From contig DATFMH010000226.1 in NCBI GenBank assembly GCA_035267045.1, forward strand, positions 11,427 through 75,426: a stretch of 64,000 nt of DNA, read 5' to 3'. Positions 29,386 to 37,006 of the stretch are shown piece by piece; position 1 is the stretch's first letter; each line of letters starts with the position of its first letter. This DNA is from Balneolales bacterium (GTDB lineage: Bacteria; Bacteroidota; Rhodothermia; Balneolales; DATFMH01). The notes beneath the pieces were generated by a model. The model was not told where the DNA came from, searched no databases, and saw only the letters and a program-made list of their open reading frames with translations. A program made the position numbers and the translations under genes.

Positions 29386-30534
29386 ATGAATATACTGGTT
29401 CTGGAACCATTTATGGGAGGTTATCACAAAGTCTTCCTGAAAGGATTGGAGAAGAATTCGAGACATTCGATCTATTCCGTAACGATGTCGGAACGTTATT
29501 GGAAATGGCGAATGCACGGAGGTTCAATCACGCTGGCACGCGAGGCAGAGGATTTAAAAGTGCCGGTCGATTTAATTCTTGCCAGTAGCATGACCGACCT
29601 TTCTGCATTCATGGCGTTGACCAATCCCCACTTTGCTCATACTCCTGTTGCTATGTATATGCATGAGAATCAATTGACGCAACCACTTCCGGAAGGGGAG
29701 TCACGGGATATGACTTATTGCTATATCAATTACCTGAGCGCATTGATAGCAGATAAGCTGATTTTTTCTTCTACGTTTCATTTCGATTCATTCATTACGG
29801 CTCTGCCTGAATTTCTCAAACGATTTCCGCATAATCATCAGCATCTCGATACCGTCGATTTGATACGTAATAAAAGTACAATCCTTCATCCTGCCATAAA
29901 TCTTAAGTCATTTGATAATCAGAAGGATACGAGAGCCAATAATGATAATCCCGTTATTGTTTGGAATCAACGATGGTCGTTTGATAAAGATCCGGGTTTG
30001 TTTTTTCGTGTAATGAACAGGTTGGATGATGCTGGCTTTCAGTTCGATCTCATCCTTGCCGGTGATAACAGGCATGACAAACCGGTTGAATTTGAAAAAG
30101 CCTGGAATCGATATGGTCACCGTATCATTCACTATGGCTATGTTGAAGATTTTGAAATCTACAGTAAGTTACTTCATAAGGCGGATATCGTTGTTTCAAC
30201 AGCGACTTATGAATTCTTTTGTGCCGCCATTATGGAGGCGGTGTACTGTGGCTGTCACCCGGTGTTACCGGATGGATTGACATATACTGAACTTATACCG
30301 GAACATCTTCGACACCCGTTATTACATGCGCCCGTATTTTATAAAAACGAGGACGAGCTGTTTAATAATCTCAAGGGGATGCTTAAAGGGGATACCAAGC
30401 CCTTACCCAAAGCATCATTGCAAGGTATTAACAAGCATCTGGACTGGAGTGTGATGATTCAGCAATATGACGCATTGTTTGAGGATATAGCAGAGACTAA
30501 GAAGGAGATAAGTCCTTTAAGCGGGCTACAATGA
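29386..30534 (+). CDS. DUF3524-type glycosyltransferase (tRNA-queuosine alpha-mannosyltransferase/GTDC1-like)
   Basis: N-terminus MNILVLEPFMGGYHKVF, with internal YMHENQL and VWNQRWSFDKDP blocks as I remember them for the DUF3524 + GT1 architecture. Confidence 0.7.
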   Translation: MNILVLEPFMGGYHKVFLKGLEKNSRHSIYSVTMSERYWKWRMHGGSITLAREAEDLKVPVDLILASSMTDLSAFMALTNPHFAHTPVAMYMHENQLTQPLPEGESRDMTYCYINYLSALIADKLIFSSTFHFDSFITALPEFLKRFPHNHQHLDTVDLIRNKSTILHPAINLKSFDNQKDTRANNDNPVIVWNQRWSFDKDPGLFFRVMNRLDDAGFQFDLILAGDNRHDKPVEFEKAWNRYGHRIIHYGYVEDFEIYSKLLHKADIVVSTATYEFFCAAIMEAVYCGCHPVLPDGLTYTELIPEHLRHPLLHAPVFYKNEDELFNNLKGMLKGDTKPLPKASLQGINKHLDWSVMIQQYDALFEDIAETKKEISPLSGLQ

Positions 30535-31354
30535 TACCTTTGACGGTTTTCCTGCTATAAATATAGGGTAGAAGCCCCAATGGTTCGGTAGTAATACCAT
30601 GTTTGGGATTGGCATGGAAAAAAGTCAGGAAATCCCCTTTTCGATATGCGATAGCCGTATGTGATACATCCAGACCTTTCACTGTTGTGACGAATGCCAG
30701 TATATCACCCGTATTAATTTTTCTGATATAGAGCGGTATTTTATTTTTGGGTAGATATTTCAAACTGTCTTGCGATAATTGCCGTTCTTTATGTTTAATA
30801 AGATCCAATAGTGAGTCATTATGAGCCAATCCTGGATACTGATATCGATGGTGACTCATATAGTAAACACTATCCATTGGAACTGAATCGGGCCAATGCT
30901 GACTAACAATGGAAACTAATCCTTTCTTCTGATTGGTCAATAACCAATCCGAGAAATAATTTAGCCTGCTGAAATATCCATGAATATGACCGTTCCGGTA
31001 TCTGAGTAATTTCAGATTATTCGCGAAGGTATTATAAGAAGTGTCCCGTTCCAGGGTTGTTAAAGCTAATGCCATTGATGTCTCAACATAGATGACGCAA
31101 TCGGATCCTTTAAGTGTTATAACAAGTTTTTCTTTTTTTGGTTTGTCCAGTAGTCCGGCTTTATAAGGGATACCAAACTGTTTTTCGGCATAAAATGAGA
31201 TTAAGTCAGATAAGGTGGAATCGTGTTTGTAATGTTCAATGCCATCTTTGAGCCAGTTAGATATTATAAACCTCTTGTTTTGTGCTTTGACCGGCAGCAC
31301 AGAGAGAAAAGTAATGCAGAATACAAAAGCGGAGAATATGATCTTCTTTAGCAC
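30497..31354 (-). CDS. DUF1460 domain protein (amidase-like, secreted)
   Basis: Signal peptide. Block GIPYKAGLLD..KEKLVITLKGSDCVIYVETSMALA is typical of DUF1460. The 3' end overlaps the convergent gene by 38 nt. Confidence 0.65.
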   Translation of the reverse strand: MLKKIIFSAFVFCITFLSVLPVKAQNKRFIISNWLKDGIEHYKHDSTLSDLISFYAEKQFGIPYKAGLLDKPKKEKLVITLKGSDCVIYVETSMALALTTLERDTSYNTFANNLKLLRYRNGHIHGYFSRLNYFSDWLLTNQKKGLVSIVSQHWPDSVPMDSVYYMSHHRYQYPGLAHNDSLLDLIKHKERQLSQDSLKYLPKNKIPLYIRKINTGDILAFVTTVKGLDVSHTAIAYRKGDFLTFFHANPKHGITTEPLGLLPYIYSRKTVKGIIVARLKDLSPS

Positions 31355-31374
31355 ACGTTTATTCTGTTATTGAG

Positions 31375-32937
31375 TTAAAATGGAGCATCTTCATCATCAT
31401 TATTTGATAATATATCGGGATTGCTATCGTGTTCCTGATTATTGGTATCTTGAGGCCCTACTTCAGGAAGCATGTTACTATAATTGCCATTACCATTTCC
31501 ATTATCGTAAGGCTTATTATATGCAGAACTCAGATTTTCAAAACGGGCATAATCCTTGATGAACTGTAGTCGAACAGTTCCGACCGGGCCATTACGCTGC
31601 TTCCCAATTATTAATTCCGATATCCCGGCTGTAGACTGACCTTCTTCATCCGTAAGGATACCATAATATTCTGGCCTGTATAAGAAACAAACAACGTCGG
31701 CGTCTTGTTCAATAGAGCCGGATTCACGCAAGTCGCTAAGTTGAGGTCGTTTGTTACCTCCCCTTTGTTCTACGGCACGACTCAACTGGGATAGAGCCAC
31801 TACCGGGACTTTCAATTCTTTGGCAAGAGCTTTTAGCCCACGGGATATATAAGCTATTTCCTGCTCCCTGTTGCGATCTGAGGATCCGCCGGTCATAAGC
31901 TGAAGATAATCGACAATAACAAGACCGATATCATGTTCATTCTTCAAACGCCGGCATTTTGAGCGTAATTCCATAACACTGATTCCGGGTGTATCATCAA
32001 TAAAGATGTTGGCTGAAACCAAACGGCCGGCTGCTTCAACCAATTGTTCAAAGTCCTGGTCATTTAATTTACCCGAGCGGGCCATTTGTGCATTGATGCG
32101 TGCTTCCATGGTAAGCAGTCGTTGCACTAACGATTGGTCTGACATCTCAAGACTAAAAATGGCTACATTGGTGCGTAATTGTTTATCAGGGAAGAGTGCG
32201 GCATTTCTTGCCGATGACAGTACAAATGCTGTTTTACCCATTGAGGGACGTGCCGCGATGATGATCAAATCACCCGGTTGCCAGCCAGCTGTTAATTTAT
32301 CAACGTCGAGACTGGAAGGAACACCTGTTAATCCATCTGCTTTACCTCTTATTTCAACGAGATAATCGAGTGTATCCTTGAGGATATTTCCTATAGCTTT
32401 AGCCGGGATTCGTGTTTTGGTATTTGATATTTCAAATATTTTTTGTTCGGCCTGATCAAGCAAATCAAACGGATCACTGGTAGTATCGTAGCTCTGTTTT
32501 ATAATTTCATTACAGGTGAGTATCAGGTTGCGTTTGATGGCTTTTTCGGCAATAATCTGAGCATGATACTCAATATTAGCTGCAGAACTAACAGAACGCG
32601 TCAGCTGTGTCAGGTAACCGGGGCCTCCACAAATATCTAATAAGTTTTGATCACGTAGCTCATTTTCTACTGTAATGATATCCAGAGGATTATCACGTTC
32701 ATAAAGTTTAAGAATAGCTTCGAAGACATGTCGATTGGCCGGTTTATAAAAGTCTTCCGGTTTAAGTATCTGAAGCGCAATAGAAGCGGCTTCATGGTCA
32801 ATTAACATGCCACCCAAAACGGCTTCCTCAATCTCCAAAGCCTGTGGCGGTATACGTCCTCCATCCTCAAGAAGGTCGATTTCCTTTTTGTAATTTTTTT
32901 TGTTGTTGTAATCAGATCCGTTAGAATCTTTTGGCAT
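31375..32937 (-). CDS. dnaB: replicative DNA helicase DnaB with ~51-aa low-complexity acidic C-terminal tail
   Basis: Walker A ARPSMGKTAF, Walker B LVIVDYLQLM, and the SQLSR and RESGSIEQDADVV blocks. The tail ends in NNDDEDAPF. Confidence 0.97.
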   Translation of the reverse strand: MPKDSNGSDYNNKKNYKKEIDLLEDGGRIPPQALEIEEAVLGGMLIDHEAASIALQILKPEDFYKPANRHVFEAILKLYERDNPLDIITVENELRDQNLLDICGGPGYLTQLTRSVSSAANIEYHAQIIAEKAIKRNLILTCNEIIKQSYDTTSDPFDLLDQAEQKIFEISNTKTRIPAKAIGNILKDTLDYLVEIRGKADGLTGVPSSLDVDKLTAGWQPGDLIIIAARPSMGKTAFVLSSARNAALFPDKQLRTNVAIFSLEMSDQSLVQRLLTMEARINAQMARSGKLNDQDFEQLVEAAGRLVSANIFIDDTPGISVMELRSKCRRLKNEHDIGLVIVDYLQLMTGGSSDRNREQEIAYISRGLKALAKELKVPVVALSQLSRAVEQRGGNKRPQLSDLRESGSIEQDADVVCFLYRPEYYGILTDEEGQSTAGISELIIGKQRNGPVGTVRLQFIKDYARFENLSSAYNKPYDNGNGNGNYSNMLPEVGPQDTNNQEHDSNPDILSNNDDEDAPF

Positions 32938-33008
32938 CGACGTATGGTTAGTATTAAAAATTCTTAATTAATAAATACAATAAAATACAGGAAATGTAAA
33001 CTAAAGGA

Positions 33009-33812
33009 CTAAGGTTTACACCCTAATTCATCATATCTTTTTCGCAACATCTGAACATCTTCCCAGGTAGCACGTTTCCAATTAGGATTACGCAATAAAG
33101 CAGCGGGATGGTAGGTGACTGTAAGCTCATAATTGTCATGAAAAGGATGGAAACTGCCCCGAAGAGCTTTCATAGGTTGATCGGTATTCAATAAGGTTTG
33201 AGCCGATATTCTGCCGAGACAAAGTATCAATTTGGGGTTTATAAGGTCGACTTGCTTAAGGAGTACGGGAAGACTTTTAGCTCTTTCGTCTGTCAACGGA
33301 TCCCGATTATTAGGTGGCCGGTGTTTAACTATATTAGTGATGTAAACATCTTTTCTTTCAAATCCGATTGCCGCAAGAATTTTATTTAGTAATTTTCCCG
33401 CACGACCTACGAAAGGTTCACCCTGTAAATCTTCATTTCTTCCCGGCGCTTCTCCAATAATAACTAAATCGGCATTCGGATTACCGACACCAAAGACAAG
33501 ATTGGTATTGGGAAGGTCCGTTTTAAGAAAATCAGCATCTAAGCAAAATTGATATAGTTCATCCAGTGTTTTACAGTCTTCGTAACTTTTTGGGGCCACG
33601 TCTTTTTTTGTTTTGCTTTCGTTCGATGAATCCTGCACGCTTACCGTCTGTTTTTTTGTGTTTGATTTATTGCCATTACCTTTTACCTCCGACTGTGGGG
33701 AATCTGTTATGTTAAGTTTTTCCCATAAATTTGCATCAATTCGGCCATATACTTCTTCCTGGTAGTGAAGATAATCTATGATACGGTTTATGTAAGGTAA
33801 TTTATCTGACAT
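33009..33812 (-). CDS. uracil-DNA glycosylase, family 4, with ~100-aa N-terminal extension
   Basis: Motifs GEAPGRNEDLQGEPFVGRAGKLL and HPAALLRNP. Overlaps mtaB by 11 nt. Confidence 0.9.
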   Translation of the reverse strand: MSDKLPYINRIIDYLHYQEEVYGRIDANLWEKLNITDSPQSEVKGNGNKSNTKKQTVSVQDSSNESKTKKDVAPKSYEDCKTLDELYQFCLDADFLKTDLPNTNLVFGVGNPNADLVIIGEAPGRNEDLQGEPFVGRAGKLLNKILAAIGFERKDVYITNIVKHRPPNNRDPLTDERAKSLPVLLKQVDLINPKLILCLGRISAQTLLNTDQPMKALRGSFHPFHDNYELTVTYHPAALLRNPNWKRATWEDVQMLRKRYDELGCKP

Positions 33813-35154
33813 TGGGTGTTAGTATATCCTGTTCTACCTCAGAAGTTTGAGTTGATGAAGCTAACAAGCCTTCAAAGTATCCATTAGTTGTAATTTTATC
33901 CAATGAACAATTGATGATTTTATTGGTCAATGCTTCCTGATACGGCATCGCGACACGAATATAATTATCCGTCCAACCGTACATTAAACCATCTTTATTC
34001 TCCATTTCAAAAAGCACAGGACGAACTTCACCACTGAACTGACTGTTAAAATGGAATCTCTTCTTTTTGGATAACCGTCTTAGCTTGTGCGTTCTTTTTT
34101 TGCGCACTTGTTTTGAAATAACCGGTTCATAACTGAGAGCAACAGTGTTTGGACGTTCCGAGTAGGTGAAGACATGCAGATAGCTTACAGGAAGTGAGGA
34201 GATGAAATCAAATGATTCCTGAAACAGTTCATCGGTTTCTCCCGGGTGACCGGTGATTACATCCACACCAATACAGGCATCCGGCATCAGTTCTTTGATC
34301 AATTCAATACGGTGCTGGTAGAGATCAGATTGATATCTTCTGCGCATAAGTTTGAGCATTGTATCACTACCACTCTGCAATGGAATGTGGAAATGTGGTT
34401 GAACGCAGTTAGACTCAGCCGCGAAATGGATGATATCATCGTGTAATAAATTCGGTTCAATGGATGATATACGTATACGTTCCATACCGTCGAGCTTATC
34501 CAATTCCTGCAATAGATCGAAAAATGTTTCCCCGTGCTGCTTACCGAAATCACCGGCATTGACACCTGTTAAAACGATCTCTTTGTACCCGTCTGCTATG
34601 ACCGTCCGGGCATTATTAAGGATCTGTTCTATTTTAGGGCTTCGGCTTTTTCCTCTCGCCAGTGGTATGGTGCAAAAGGCACATTTATAATCGCAGCCGT
34701 CCTGTATCTTGAGGAATACACGAGTCCGGTCATTTTCAGAAAAGGCGTTATGAAAATCGACGGCATCATTGGCATCGGTATGATGAATGATGGTCTCGTC
34801 CACTTTTTCAAAGTCATTTACAAGGTCAAAGATATTGAATTTATCTTTAGCTCCGAGAACCAGGTCTACACCATCAATAGCAGCTATTTCTTCAGGTTCC
34901 AACTGGGCATAGCAGCCAACGACAGCGATAAAAGCTTTTGGATTGTTACGTTGTGCCCGGCGGACGTATTTACGGCAATCACTGTTAGCATTTTGTGTTA
35001 CCGAACAGGTATTGATGACATAGACATCCGCTTTCGAATCAAAATCGATGATCTCGAAATTATGATCTTCGAATGTGCGTTTGATGGTTGATGTTTCGGC
35101 AAAATTGAGTTTACATCCGAGAGTATAAAATGCAACCTTCTTCATAGTGGACAA
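33802..35154 (-). CDS. mtaB: tRNA (t6A37) methylthiotransferase MtaB (radical SAM)
   Basis: N-terminal UPF0004 Cys triad (TLGCKLN..NTC..GC). Radical-SAM motif CDYKCAFC. C-terminal TRAM-like end. Confidence 0.9.
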   Translation of the reverse strand: MSTMKKVAFYTLGCKLNFAETSTIKRTFEDHNFEIIDFDSKADVYVINTCSVTQNANSDCRKYVRRAQRNNPKAFIAVVGCYAQLEPEEIAAIDGVDLVLGAKDKFNIFDLVNDFEKVDETIIHHTDANDAVDFHNAFSENDRTRVFLKIQDGCDYKCAFCTIPLARGKSRSPKIEQILNNARTVIADGYKEIVLTGVNAGDFGKQHGETFFDLLQELDKLDGMERIRISSIEPNLLHDDIIHFAAESNCVQPHFHIPLQSGSDTMLKLMRRRYQSDLYQHRIELIKELMPDACIGVDVITGHPGETDELFQESFDFISSLPVSYLHVFTYSERPNTVALSYEPVISKQVRKKRTHKLRRLSKKKRFHFNSQFSGEVRPVLFEMENKDGLMYGWTDNYIRVAMPYQEALTNKIINCSLDKITTNGYFEGLLASSTQTSEVEQDILTPNVR

Positions 35155-35293
35155 ATACTTGAAAATCTGAATTGATCGGGGACAACATAATTAGATGAAA
35201 AAGATACGAAAAATTCAGTGGATTTGAAGAAAAAATAGAACGCGGATGATACAAATTATGCGGGATTTCGCAGATTTTTTAAATAAAAAAAAC

Positions 35294-35314
35294 GATGGAC
35301 GACGGACGACTGAC
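35294..35314. repeat. 3 x 7-nt tandem repeat GATGGAC GACGGAC GACTGAC
   Basis: Read directly from the sequence inside the ORF-free island. Confidence 0.6.
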
Positions 35315-35589
35315 AACACCCCGGATGCAAAATGCCGAATACATATTAAACAAACATCAATGAAAAATTATAGAAACTTAAAAAGCCCGAATGGGCTTTA
35401 ATATAAATAGCTTCGGGTGTAACCCGGAGACGAAAAGATAAAATCATGCCGAACCCCGGAGCCCAGGGGGTGTACGTGTTCCCTGACAAGGTACATGATC
35501 TTTAACAATAAGTTTAACTGACTTTGACTATACGAGGGGTTCAATAGTAATTGGAAATGGTGCCGGATAATAATTAAGATAAGTCATTA

Positions 35590-35729
35590 CCCCGCGCCTT
35601 TAGGCCGGGGATACAGGATAATGCTACAACAATTGTTAGGGCTTTATCCCTTTGATAACACTCCTAAAGGGCTGAAGCCCTCTCTGAAATTATGTAAAAC
35701 CCATTAATCCCCGGCCTAAAGGTGCGGGG
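35590..35729. repeat. inverted pair of a 21-nt GC-rich hairpin element
   Basis: CCCCGCGCCTTTAGGCCGGGG (35590-35610) matches the reverse complement of CCCCGGCCTAAAGGTGCGGGG (35709-35729) at 20 of 21 positions. Each copy is also a local bulged hairpin. The spacer is 98 nt. Confidence 0.85.
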
Positions 35730-35838
35730 CAATTATGAGCTTTAAAATATTTAGAAATAACAGCGACCGGACACAGAGTGTCCACCTGTGCGTTTCCGGA
35801 CTGTGTCCGGGAGCGAGATGCTATAATTTTTTGTCGAT

Positions 35839-35859
35839 CGCTGACCGCTGACCGCTGAT
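35839..35859. repeat. 3 x 7-nt tandem repeat CGCTGAC CGCTGAC CGCTGAT
   Basis: Read directly from the sequence inside the ORF-free island. Confidence 0.6.
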
Positions 35860-35923
35860 AGCTAATCAATAAACTACAAACAACCGATCAATAAAATCCG
35901 CTTAATCTGCGAATATCTGTGGC

Positions 35924-35955
35924 AAAAAAAAGCGGATTCCCAAATGGAAACCCGC
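35924..35955 (-). terminator. intrinsic terminator after nuoH
   Basis: On the minus strand, GCGGGUUUCC-AUUU-GGGAAUCCGC forms 10 bp including two G.U pairs, followed by eight U. It lies 30 nt downstream of the nuoH stop. Confidence 0.85.
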
Positions 35956-35984
35956 TTTTCTCAAAATTTCATATTGCTACAATC

Positions 35985-36992
35985 TTATGAGAAAAAAGAA
36001 TGGTAGGCCAAAATCAAACCGGCGATGACCATGAAATTGGCTACGGCCAGGGGTAATAACTTATTCCAGCCGAGGTGCATAAGCTGATTGTATTTGAAAC
36101 GTGGGATCGTCCAGCGGACTAATATAAATATAAATACCCAGAAGCCTGTTTTCGCCGAAAAAACGAGAATATCAAGTATGCCTTTAGCCAAAGTCGACAT
36201 ATGCGGCAGCCACATTGGTTCAAACGGGAGGGTGTAACCACCGAAGAAGAATGTAGTGATAAGCATACTGGCAATGACCACGTGCATGTACTCGGCAAGA
36301 AAAAACATCCCGAATTTCATCGAGCTGTATTCGGTGTGAAATCCACCAACGAGCTCCTGTTCAGCCTCAACGAGATCGAACGGGGTACGGTTGGTTTCCG
36401 CAAAAGCAGCTACGGTGAAAATGACAAAGCCGACCGGGTTCTTGAAAACATTCCACCAAACGGCTTGTGAGTGTACAATATCGACCATATTCAATGACCC
36501 TGCATAAAGCACGCATGAAGCAACGGCTAATCCCATGGGCAGCTCATAACTGAGCATCTGTGCCGCCGCTCTCAAACCTCCAAGAAGAGAGTATTTACTA
36601 TTGGATGCCCAACCGGCGAGTGTTACACCATAAACACTTAACGAGCTGATAGCCAATATGAATAATACACTTACATTAATATTGGATATGTAGACACCTT
36701 CAGCAAAAGGTATAACCGCAATTGTTATGAGGGCTGTGGCAACCGGAATCATAGGAGCAATCGTATGAAGGAATCTATTACCTGTATTAGGCGTTACATC
36801 TTCCTTCAGGATAAGCTTCAAAACATCTGCGATAGGTTGTAATAATCCCTTTGGGCCAACCCTGTTGGGACCAATCCGGTTTTGAATGAAAGCCGCTATA
36901 CGCCGTTCGGCATAAACAGCAATAGCTGCGGAGTTTAAGGTTATAAACAACGCCACAGCTAAAACAATTAATGAAAATACTAATGGAGACAT
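35985..36992 (-). CDS. nuoH: NADH-quinone oxidoreductase subunit H
   Basis: Polytopic protein with AERRIAAFIQNRIGPNRVGP.GLLQP.AD..KL and the TPFDL.EAE.ELV.GF..EYS signature. Confidence 0.97.
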   Translation of the reverse strand: MSPLVFSLIVLAVALFITLNSAAIAVYAERRIAAFIQNRIGPNRVGPKGLLQPIADVLKLILKEDVTPNTGNRFLHTIAPMIPVATALITIAVIPFAEGVYISNINVSVLFILAISSLSVYGVTLAGWASNSKYSLLGGLRAAAQMLSYELPMGLAVASCVLYAGSLNMVDIVHSQAVWWNVFKNPVGFVIFTVAAFAETNRTPFDLVEAEQELVGGFHTEYSSMKFGMFFLAEYMHVVIASMLITTFFFGGYTLPFEPMWLPHMSTLAKGILDILVFSAKTGFWVFIFILVRWTIPRFKYNQLMHLGWNKLLPLAVANFMVIAGLILAYHSFFS

Positions 36993-37006
36993 ACGATATT
37001 AAATAA

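Noticed and set aside
35735-35851. 38-codon plus-strand mini-ORF MSFKIFRNNSDRTQSVHLCVSGLCPGARCYNFLSIADR inside the hairpin island (three Cys, possible small peptide)
   Set aside because: Its Cys and Gly codons come straight from the GGACAC/GTGTCC inverted segments, and its end runs through the CGCTGAC heptads. There is no convincing RBS and it is on the opposite strand to both neighbours. Repeat geometry explains it better than coding does.
35839-35859. Tandem CGCTGAC repeats, and GAYNGAC repeats at 35294-35314, as a possible CRISPR or minisatellite
   Set aside because: There are only three 7-nt units with no spacers and no cas genes. This is not a CRISPR array.
35267-35913. Inverted 10-mer TTCGCAGATT / AATCTGCGAA as terminal inverted repeats of a mobile element
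   Set aside because: By my rough estimate, a single inverted 10-mer in 830 bp is expected by chance about 0.3 times. No target-site duplication is visible. It is kept only as a weak part of a combined pattern, not as a mobile-element call.
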